64,000 nucleotides of DNA from NCBI GenBank assembly GCA_964575425.1, contig CAZNRD010000006.1, forward strand, positions 20,293 to 84,292, written 5' to 3'. The notes beneath the pieces are model-generated. The model saw only the letters and a program-made list of their open reading frames with translations, searched no databases and was not told where the DNA came from. The stretch's first letter is position 1. Each line of letters begins with the position of its first letter. Both the position numbers and the translations under genes were made by a program. This DNA comes from an uncultured Anaerolineaceae bacterium (lineage in GTDB: Bacteria; Chloroflexota; Anaerolineae; Anaerolineales; E44-bin32). Below are positions 50,373 to 57,969 of this stretch, piece after piece.

Positions 50373-52537
50373 CGCAGGTCCTCCAGCTCGCTGGTTGCGG
50401 CAGGCGCCTCCAGGCTCTCCGCCAGGCGAGCGTAGGCGCGAGCCGCGCCCAGCCCCTCGCTCAGCTCGCGCGCCGCGGTCATCAGGATCGTGTCGATGTC
50501 GGCCGCGCGTCTCACGCGCGTCGTGATCTCATGGATGAGCCGCTGGCGGCGCGCCGTCCGGCGAACCTCGTCCAGCAGCCGGGCGTTCTCAAGCGCCGTC
50601 CCCACCTGGCTTGCAATCGTGGCAAGCAGGGCAGCGTCGTCATCGGTGAAGCGGCGCTCCTGCTCCCGGTCCTGCACGGCAAGCACGCCAAGGTTGGTCT
50701 CACCCACAAGCATGGGGACGCCCAGCCAGGAGGCGATGCCTTTCTCCGGAAGGGTCAACTCGAGTGCCGCGGCCTGGGCCTCGACGTCCTCCGTCAGGAG
50801 CAGAGGCTGGCGTGTGCGGATCACGTGCGCGATGGGGTCGTTCGCCAGGTCGATTTCCCCTCCTTCGCGTATCTCGCCCCCCTTGGCGGTGTAGGGGAAC
50901 TGCACGCGTTGATGCTCCTCATCGAACAGAGCGATGATGAGGTCGGCCTCGCCCAGGACCTGGCGGACCTGGTTGTGGAGCACGCGGTAGAGGGCGCCGA
51001 CGTTGAGCAGCTGGGAGGCGGCCTGGCTCACCCGGTTGACGACTTCCAACTCAGCCAGGCGGCGCTGCTCTTCCGCATACTGGCGCGCCGCCTCCAGAGC
51101 CTGGCCTGCCTGGCTGGCGACGGCCTGCAGGACGGCGACGTCTTCCTCATCGAATGGGGGTTCGGCATCGGCCTTGCGCGCGGCGATGGTAGCCACGACC
51201 TCGTCTCGAACGAAGACCGGGACAGCCACCTCATGGCCGCCCTCGGCCAGCACCGGCTGCCCCAGTTCGGTCGCTTCTCTGGACACGTCCGGGCGCGGTG
51301 GAAGGCCATCCGGGGCCGCGCCACGCAGGTGCAATTCAGCCGCCTCAGCGGAACGAGCCAGGCGCTGCCACGATGCCGCCAGGCGGACATCCCCTGCGGC
51401 TTCGAGGCCGGCGCTGGCCTCGCGAAGCAGCCGGATATACTCCAGCGCGACGGCCAGCTCGGAGGCGATGGCCTCCAGGGCGCTGACATCCTCGTCGGCG
51501 AAAACCTCGGGCTGAGTGCTTTGGACATCCAACGCCCCGAGCAGGCGACCGCCCGCAAGGATCGGAACAGCGGCCTCGGACCGGGTTCCAGGCAGCAGCG
51601 GATTCTTGAAGTAGAACGGGTCCTTCTCGACGTCCTGGGCGACTCGGGGCTGCTGATTGGCGGTCACCCAGCCGACGATCGAGGCGCTGCCCACTGCCAG
51701 CCGATGCTTGCGGGCCAAGAGCTGTCGTCCCGCCTCGCCCGTGCTTGCGCTGAGTTCCGCCCACAGCCCCGTGGCGTCGAGCAGGAAGATCGAGGCATGA
51801 TGGAAATCGAAACGCTGGCGCATCGACTCGACGGTGCGAGTCATCAGATCGTTCGCATCGGGGGTTTGAGTCGCCAGTCTGGCGACCTCTGCCGCCGCCT
51901 CAATCCGGGCCCGCTGCCTGGCTTGCGTCTCGCCGCCGCCGCCGGGGCGCGCCTCGAGGGCCCGCTTCTCATCCTGCAGGTCGACCAGTCGCTTCTGCTG
52001 CTCTTCCAGTGCCCTGTTGTTCGCGCGCACGATCCCCGCGACGGTGAGCGTCAGGGCAGTCGAGATCAACACCAGGGCGACCACCGGGGTGATCCAGCGG
52101 GCGAGTTCGGCTGCCGGAGTCCACGCGGCGACTGCTGCGAGACCCACCATGACAGCCGCGAGGGAAGCCAGGCCGCCCGGAAGTCCAAACAGCATGGCGC
52201 CCATGATCGGCCCAATCACAACCCACCCGACGCTTGGCCCGCCCAAGCCCTGGGTGACCAGCCCCGCCAGCCCCAAGGCCAACGTGAGCCCGAGCAGGCT
52301 TCCCGCGCGCAGGCCGTAGGGCAATCGCGGCACGAAAGTGGCGACCATCAACCACACGACAGCCGCGCCCACCATGCCAATGACGAGCCACTGGCGACTC
52401 TGCACCGCGATTTGGAGTGGGCCCGCGTGGGTCCAAAGACCGACAAGCGTGACGGCGAGGATCAGGCCGCTGAGCAGGCGCGGACGGAGCAGGGGCGATT
52501 GAGGAAGCAAAGGTTCGAAGGGGACTCGCATCGTCAT
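50369..52537 (-). CDS. polytopic membrane protein (about 6 TM) - coiled coil - three GAF domains, no recognisable output domain
   Basis: 722 aa with a hydrophobic N-terminal 170 aa, the coiled coil NRALEEQQKRLVDLQDEKRALE, and then GAF repeats of the same type as the neighbouring genes. Confidence 0.8.
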   Translation of the reverse strand: MTMRVPFEPLLPQSPLLRPRLLSGLILAVTLVGLWTHAGPLQIAVQSRQWLVIGMVGAAVVWLMVATFVPRLPYGLRAGSLLGLTLALGLAGLVTQGLGGPSVGWVVIGPIMGAMLFGLPGGLASLAAVMVGLAAVAAWTPAAELARWITPVVALVLISTALTLTVAGIVRANNRALEEQQKRLVDLQDEKRALEARPGGGGETQARQRARIEAAAEVARLATQTPDANDLMTRTVESMRQRFDFHHASIFLLDATGLWAELSASTGEAGRQLLARKHRLAVGSASIVGWVTANQQPRVAQDVEKDPFYFKNPLLPGTRSEAAVPILAGGRLLGALDVQSTQPEVFADEDVSALEAIASELAVALEYIRLLREASAGLEAAGDVRLAASWQRLARSAEAAELHLRGAAPDGLPPRPDVSREATELGQPVLAEGGHEVAVPVFVRDEVVATIAARKADAEPPFDEEDVAVLQAVASQAGQALEAARQYAEEQRRLAELEVVNRVSQAASQLLNVGALYRVLHNQVRQVLGEADLIIALFDEEHQRVQFPYTAKGGEIREGGEIDLANDPIAHVIRTRQPLLLTEDVEAQAAALELTLPEKGIASWLGVPMLVGETNLGVLAVQDREQERRFTDDDAALLATIASQVGTALENARLLDEVRRTARRQRLIHEITTRVRRAADIDTILMTAARELSEGLGAARAYARLAESLEAPAATSELEDLR

Positions 52538-52565
52538 GCCAATCCTTCTGACAGGTGCCGGTGCA

Positions 52566-54437
52566 TCATGCCGGCTCCTCGTCGGCTGGCACCGGTTCTG
52601 GCGCCTGCCTGCCGTCTTCGAGCGTTACCAGACGCACGACAACGTCCGGCCGCCCAAGCGCCTGGTGAACGAACTGGCCTGCAGTCTCCAGCACCCGATC
52701 GACATCGGTCAGGCCGGACATGGCTGTCGTCACCTCACTGATCAGGCGAGCGCGTTCAGCGGCGAGCGCCGATCTCTCGGCCAGCCTGGCGTTCTGAATG
52801 GCGGCGCTCAACTGGTCGGCCAGCATCTGCAGGATGGAAAGGTCTTCCGGGCTGAAGGCGTGCGGTTCGAGGCTCTGCACGTCGAGGGCGCCGAGGATGC
52901 GCCCGCCCACCTGAAGGGGAACGGCAGCCTCGGAGCGCGTGCCCGGCAGGAGTTCGTTCTTGAGGTGGATCGGGTCGTGGCTGACATCGGAGGCGACTCG
53001 CGGCTGGCCGTTGGCGGTCACCCACCCGATGATGGACTGTGATCCCACGGGCAGGTTGTGGCCGCGAGCGACAAGAGCGGCTCCGGCCTCGCCGGTGGCC
53101 TCTCGCAGCACTGCGTTCTTGCCGGTCTCATCCAGCAGGAAGATGCCCGCGTGGTAGTAGCCGAAGCGTTCGCAAATCAGCTGCACCGCGCGGCGCAGAA
53201 GCTCCTGCAGGTTTGGGACGGAGGTGGCCGCCCGGGCGACCTCTGCTGCCGTGCGCACCTGCCGCGTCCGCTCCTCGACGCGCGCTTCGAGCGTGCGGTA
53301 GAGGCCGCTCAAGTCCTCGGCCATGCGATTGAACGTGGCGGCCAACTGCCCGACCTCGTCCGGGCGCTCGACCGGGACGCGGCGGTCCCACTCCCCGCGG
53401 GCGAACCGCTCGGCGACCGTCGCCAGGGTTGCGAGCGGCCGGATGGCGCGCGAGATGGCCCAGGGAACGATGACAAACACCATCACCACCCCCCCTAGCA
53501 TCAAGGCCACGGTGAAGCCGGTGAGCGTGTTCAGGCCGGCGAACACAGTGCTTTGGGGAATTTCCAAGATGACGGCGGTCCCGAGCGAGGGGAGCCAGCG
53601 GTAGACCGAGATCACGGGTACGCCCTTCAGGCCAGTGTGCTCGATCTGGCCCGTCTCGGCGGTGTTGAGCGCGTCGAAGACTGGATGGTGGGCCGAGTGC
53701 ATCTCCACCCAGGGCCAGGCGGCAGCAGCCCTCACGAACCCCACGATCTTGTCTGGGGGCAGGCCCAGGTAGAGATCACTGTCGGACGTGATCGGGGGGG
53801 CTTCCTCATGGGTGAGGCGGTGTATCTCCAAATCGTTGGCGATGCCGATCAGGGCGGCCTTGGGCTCTCCCTCGCCGGTGGGTATTGGCATCAGCGTCAG
53901 GAGAGAAACCTCCGGGGCCCCGGGGAAGGCTGCGGACGTGGTGATGTGGGTGGCAGAGGGTGGCATCGCGGCGATGTTGTTCACGCGGAGACCTTGCCAC
54001 TGGTCCGGAACCGACGCCAGGATCAGTCCATCGGAGAGTCGGACGACCATCATCCCGGCATACCAGTCGCGGGGGGATCCGCTGTTCAGGGTCTGCAGCT
54101 CCTGCTGAAGGGCCGGCAGGACCGAGGCGGCCGTTCCTCGCTGGTCATCTTGGAGGAGGCGGGGCACCAATGTGAGGATGGTTTGGTTCTGGCTGGCGCT
54201 CATCATTCGCAGCTCGTGGGTTCGGCGCCATTCCTCGAGGGTGTTGACCTGAGCGTCGACGCTGTGCTCCATCTGGGTGACCACCTGCTGGCGGAGCAGC
54301 GCGCGGGCACGGAAGAAGGCGGCCATCCCCAGAACCAAAATGGGCAGGATAATGAGCGGCAGCAGCGCCAGCGCCATCCTGCGGCCCAGGCGCTCCTGAG
54401 GCTGGAGCCGGGCGGGGTCGACACGTTGTCGCTGCAT
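52566..54437 (-). CDS. membrane sensor: TM - extracytoplasmic domain - TM - HAMP - two GAF domains, no recognisable output domain
   Basis: Its N-terminal 330 aa are a clear paralogue of 47169-50372 (LLPLIILPI..FFRAR.L.RQQV..QME; MVVRLSDGLILAS.P.QWQG). The ATG at 54437 has RBS GGGAGATGGAG. The GTG at 54455 is the ORF-track alternative. Confidence 0.85.
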   Translation of the reverse strand: MQRQRVDPARLQPQERLGRRMALALLPLIILPILVLGMAAFFRARALLRQQVVTQMEHSVDAQVNTLEEWRRTHELRMMSASQNQTILTLVPRLLQDDQRGTAASVLPALQQELQTLNSGSPRDWYAGMMVVRLSDGLILASVPDQWQGLRVNNIAAMPPSATHITTSAAFPGAPEVSLLTLMPIPTGEGEPKAALIGIANDLEIHRLTHEEAPPITSDSDLYLGLPPDKIVGFVRAAAAWPWVEMHSAHHPVFDALNTAETGQIEHTGLKGVPVISVYRWLPSLGTAVILEIPQSTVFAGLNTLTGFTVALMLGGVVMVFVIVPWAISRAIRPLATLATVAERFARGEWDRRVPVERPDEVGQLAATFNRMAEDLSGLYRTLEARVEERTRQVRTAAEVARAATSVPNLQELLRRAVQLICERFGYYHAGIFLLDETGKNAVLREATGEAGAALVARGHNLPVGSQSIIGWVTANGQPRVASDVSHDPIHLKNELLPGTRSEAAVPLQVGGRILGALDVQSLEPHAFSPEDLSILQMLADQLSAAIQNARLAERSALAAERARLISEVTTAMSGLTDVDRVLETAGQFVHQALGRPDVVVRLVTLEDGRQAPEPVPADEEPA

Positions 54438-54439
54438 GG

Positions 54440-54847
54440 TCACTCCATCTCCCACACGGGCTCGCCCGTCAACGCGCGGCGAATCTGGTCGGGGAATCGA
54501 TCGGGGTCCAGAGGCTTGCCCAGAAAGCCGTTGAAGCCGGAGGCGCGGGCTCGCGCCATCTGGTCATCGCTGACGTAGGCCGTCACGGCCACCACAGGGA
54601 TGTCCTTGAGGCTGGGCGACTCGCGGATGCGGCGCAGCGCATCGTAGCCATCCTCGTAGGGCAGGCGGATGTCCATCAGGATCAGGTCGAGGCGAGGCAG
54701 CGCGCCGGCGTACTCCACGACCTGGTAGCCAGAGGTCTTCCACTCGCAGCGGATCCCCATATGGGCGAGCATGCGCGCCATAAGGACAAAGTTGGCGACA
54801 TTGTCTTCGACGATCAGGATCGTGGCGTCTTTCACCGAGGCCCTCAC
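54440..54847 (-). CDS. single-domain CheY-like response regulator
   Basis: ILIVEDN..LILMDIRLPYEDG..AVTAY..KP. Confidence 0.9.
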   Translation of the reverse strand: MRASVKDATILIVEDNVANFVLMARMLAHMGIRCEWKTSGYQVVEYAGALPRLDLILMDIRLPYEDGYDALRRIRESPSLKDIPVVAVTAYVSDDQMARARASGFNGFLGKPLDPDRFPDQIRRALTGEPVWEME

Positions 54848-54859
54848 TGGCTCTCCCCT

Positions 54860-55243
54860 TCAGGTTGGACGGTGCAGGAAGCGGGCGATCTGCCTGGGGA
54901 GGTAGTCCACATCGATGGGTTTCTGGATGTAGCCGTCGCAGCCGGCTGCCAGCGTGCGCTCGCGATCGCCCCGCATGACGTTGGCGGTGATGGCGATGAC
55001 GGGTACTGCCGCCAGCGTCGGATCAGCCTTGAGCCGGGAGGTGAGGGTGTATCCGTCGACCCCGGGCATGTTGATGTCGACCAGGATGAGATCCGGGCGG
55101 TGACCATCGATGACCCGAAAGGTCTCCGCTGCGTTGCCGGCCTCCAGGACGATGTACCCCTCGGCCTGCAAGATGCGGCGGACGAGGACGCGGTTGTCGA
55201 CGTTATCCTCAACGTACAGGACGGTGTACGGACGTTCGTGCAC
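54860..55243 (-). CDS. single-domain CheY-like response regulator
   Basis: VLYVEDN..LILVDINMPGVDG..AITAN..KP. GTG start. It is the first gene of the minus-strand operon. Confidence 0.9.
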   Translation of the reverse strand: MHERPYTVLYVEDNVDNRVLVRRILQAEGYIVLEAGNAAETFRVIDGHRPDLILVDINMPGVDGYTLTSRLKADPTLAAVPVIAITANVMRGDRERTLAAGCDGYIQKPIDVDYLPRQIARFLHRPT

Positions 55244-55423
55244 CCGTGTCCATCCCTGGGCATTGCCCGCCTGAAGGCCTCATCATTGTATGCAGGGCTC
55301 GAGGGGCGGCGCGTTAAGGAAGCATTGCAGGCGCGGCGAATGCGCGTGCCTGCGTCCCCATGATGGGTTGGTACTGTGGTACTCCCAACAAGGACCAGGG
55401 GTGCGAATTGCCCGGAACGCGAA

Positions 55424-55445
55424 GGCAGGCCTACCTCGGCCTGCC
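55424..55445 (-). terminator. hairpin downstream of tRNA-Gly
   Basis: On the minus strand: GGCAGGCC-GAGGTA-GGCCTGCC followed by TTCGCGTT. Confidence 0.45.
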
Positions 55446-55464
55446 CGTATCCCGGTTGCCCGAG

Positions 55465-55536
55465 AGCGGGTGATGGGATTCGAACCCACGAATGGTAGCT
55501 TGGGAAGCTACTGCCTTACCGCTTGGCGACACCCGC
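55465..55536 (-). tRNA. tRNA-Gly (anticodon CCC)
   Basis: The hand-folded 72-nt cloverleaf has acceptor GCGGGTG/CACCCGC, anticodon arm GTAGC-TTCCCAA-GCTAC, and T arm GTGGG-TTCGAAT-CCCAT. CCA is not encoded. Confidence 0.95.
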
Positions 55537-55548
55537 AGAGGCGGTCGG

Positions 55549-55577
55549 ATTATAAGGAGCGGGCAGGGCAATGTCAA
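55549..55577 (-). promoter_or_regulatory. consensus sigma70-type promoter TTGACA-17 nt-TATAAT driving tRNA-Gly
   Basis: On the minus strand, exact TTGACA (55572-55577) and exact TATAAT (55549-55554). The tRNA 5' end is 12 nt downstream of the -10 element. Confidence 0.65.
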
Positions 55578-55623
55578 GCAGACCGCAGAGGCGAAGCCGG
55601 CATTCACGCAGGGCAGCAATGAC

Positions 55624-56787
55624 TCAGGCCGAGCGCGAGGCTTCCCCCACCTGGCGCCGAAGCAAGTCGAGGGAAAGGCTCATCGCCCAGCGAGGCACAT
55701 TGCGCGCGGCGCCGCCGTACGACCACTCCCGTCGGATCACGCCCCCTGGCAGCCGCAGGCAAACGGTCAACGTGTGGCGGGGGCCTTCGCTCGCCAGCCG
55801 TGCAGTCAATCCTGCCTGCGCTTCGAACTCCGCCATCCTGAGGTCCAGACGCGCCTCAAGCCACGGGGCTTCGGCGCCCGCCGGAAGAACTTCGCCTGCG
55901 ACGTACGGATGCCCGAGGCCAGCAAGAGCAGCGCTGATGGCGCCGTTCGTGCCAGATTCCGCGACGACCAGGCGCCAACCGCGTTCTGCCAGCAGGCGAA
56001 GCGTGACCAGCTGGAGGCTCTCCTCGTCGGCACCATAGACCGCCGCCCCGAGCCGCTCGCGCAGCATTGCCTCGACGGGCCGGACCATGGCCTCGGCCTC
56101 TTCCTGGCTCTGCGCTTTCGCAGTGATGCGGATATCCACCTGCCCGGGGTGGGCGGAGAGGCCCACCGTCGGATTGGTGAGCGCCTCGAGATCGGCGATG
56201 TGCTCATCCAGAGCCGACTCGCCAAGACCTGCGGTACGAAGAACACGGCTGTGAATGACTTCGTGTAGCGAGAAACGACTCCGCAGGTAGGGGACGACGG
56301 ACCGCTCGAGCAGTGTCAACATCTCTTCCGGGACGCCAGGAAGGGAAATGATGCATCTTTGTCCACGCTCAACCAGGAAGGCAGGCGCCGTTCCCACCGG
56401 GTTCTCGATCACGTCTGCCCCGCTCGGGATGTACGCCTGCCGACGGTTGTTGTCTGTGGGCGTGCGGCCGAAGCGAGCGAAGCGCTCCTGGATCTCTACC
56501 CACAGCTCGGGCCGAAACTCCGTGGGCACGCCCAGCGCCAGCGCCACAGCCTCACGGGTGGGATCGTCGACGGTTGGTCCGAGCCCTCCCGTGGTGATCA
56601 CGATCTGCGAGCGAGTCAGGCTTTCCAGAATGGCATCGGCGATGCGTCGGGGGTTGTCCCCCACGACAGTCGTCCGGAACAGGTCGATCCCTAGCTGCCG
56701 CAGGACGCGGGCGATGGCCTGGGTGTTGGTGTCGGCAATCTCGCCCAGAAGGAGTTCGGTCCCGATGGCGATGACCTCAGCGTTCAC
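55624..56787 (-). CDS. cinA: CinA-family protein (MoCF-binding domain + NMN amidohydrolase PncC-like domain)
   Basis: AEVIAIGTELLLGEIADTNTQAIAR N-terminus and ITTGGLGPTVDD. Confidence 0.85.
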   Translation of the reverse strand: MNAEVIAIGTELLLGEIADTNTQAIARVLRQLGIDLFRTTVVGDNPRRIADAILESLTRSQIVITTGGLGPTVDDPTREAVALALGVPTEFRPELWVEIQERFARFGRTPTDNNRRQAYIPSGADVIENPVGTAPAFLVERGQRCIISLPGVPEEMLTLLERSVVPYLRSRFSLHEVIHSRVLRTAGLGESALDEHIADLEALTNPTVGLSAHPGQVDIRITAKAQSQEEAEAMVRPVEAMLRERLGAAVYGADEESLQLVTLRLLAERGWRLVVAESGTNGAISAALAGLGHPYVAGEVLPAGAEAPWLEARLDLRMAEFEAQAGLTARLASEGPRHTLTVCLRLPGGVIRREWSYGGAARNVPRWAMSLSLDLLRRQVGEASRSA

Positions 56788-56790
56788 CGG

Positions 56791-57969
56791 CTACACCACG
56801 TTGTACTCGCGCACCAGCCGACCTTCGGAGAAGCGCGTCAGGTCGAGGCTGGAGACATCGATGGTGTTGGCCTTCCCCTGCAAGAGAAACTCGGCCATGA
56901 GCAGCCCTGAGACCGGTCCATGCATGAAGCCGTGCCCCGAGAAACCCCCCACCAGCCAGAAACCCTCAACAGGGGTGGGGCCGAAAATCGGATGAGCGTC
57001 GGGCGTGACCTCGTAAAGGCCTGCCCAGCGGGCGAGTCGCCCAGCCTGCTCCAGGATCGGCATGCGTTGCGCCGCGGCTTCCAGGGCTACCAGCTCCCAG
57101 GCTTCATCGATCGACTGGTCGAAGCCGGGCTTTTCCGTGGGGTTCGACATCCCTGTGAGGATTCCCTGGCCCTCGCGGTGGAAGTAGAGCGATTGGGCAA
57201 AGTCGATGACGAAGGGAAAGTCCTCTGGCAGAGAGGGGATGGCCGTGGTCGTGACCATCTGGCGGCGCAGAGGTGTCAGCGGGATTTCGACCCCGGCCAT
57301 CTTGCCGACGACCACCATCCAGGGGCCGGCAGCGTTGACGACGGCGCCACAGGCGACACGGCCAGCGGTCGTCTGGACAGCGCGCACCCTGGCGTGGGTC
57401 ACTTCGAGGCCGACGACTTCGATTTCGGTTGCTATCTGCGCTCCAAGCTCCCTCGCCCGCTTCGCATAGCCATGAACTACGCTGTGCGGGTCCGCCAGAC
57501 CATCCCTCTCGTGGTAGGTGCCTGCGAGCGCGTCGGAGAAACGCATCAAGGGCAGACGCTGGCGGACCTCATCGCCTGTCCACCATTCCGTCTTGATGCC
57601 CAGGCTGCGCTGTAGGCCGACGTTGCGCTCGAAAGTGGGGAGGTCTTCGGGTTTCGTCAGCACGAAGAGGTAGCCGCACTGCCGGTACTGAGGGTCGACG
57701 CCCGTCTCGTCTCGGAAGCGCTCGAGCATCGCGAGGCTGGCGATCGAAAGGCGGATGTTCACTTCGGTGGCGAACTGGTAGCGCACTCCACCGGCGCAGC
57801 GGCCCGTGGCTCCCTGGCCGAGGTAGGGTTCTCGCTCAAGGAGCAGAATGCTCCCAGCACCCGCTCGCGCCAGGTGGTAGGCCGTGCTGGCACCCATCAC
57901 GCCGCCGCCGATGATGAGGATGTCGGCTGTTTTCGGTAACTTGATGCTAACCGAGGATGCTGTAGGCAT
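56791..57969 (-). CDS. FAD-dependent oxidoreductase (DAO family; sarcosine/glycine/D-amino-acid oxidase-like)
   Basis: ADILIIGGGVMGASTAYHLA dinucleotide fold. The start is taken at ATG 57969 and overlaps the upstream paralogue by 23 nt. Confidence 0.8.
   Translation of the reverse strand: MPTASSVSIKLPKTADILIIGGGVMGASTAYHLARAGAGSILLLEREPYLGQGATGRCAGGVRYQFATEVNIRLSIASLAMLERFRDETGVDPQYRQCGYLFVLTKPEDLPTFERNVGLQRSLGIKTEWWTGDEVRQRLPLMRFSDALAGTYHERDGLADPHSVVHGYAKRARELGAQIATEIEVVGLEVTHARVRAVQTTAGRVACGAVVNAAGPWMVVVGKMAGVEIPLTPLRRQMVTTTAIPSLPEDFPFVIDFAQSLYFHREGQGILTGMSNPTEKPGFDQSIDEAWELVALEAAAQRMPILEQAGRLARWAGLYEVTPDAHPIFGPTPVEGFWLVGGFSGHGFMHGPVSGLLMAEFLLQGKANTIDVSSLDLTRFSEGRLVREYNVV

Noticed and set aside
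50531-52741. A 736-aa plus-strand ORF (50531-52741) lies opposite the GAF-protein genes. A 637-aa plus-strand ORF at 44867-46780 likewise lies opposite the hybrid kinase gene.
   Set aside because: Both are antisense to genes with clear HAMP, GAF or HisKA motifs. Their translations are Arg/Gly/Asp-rich with no recognisable fold.
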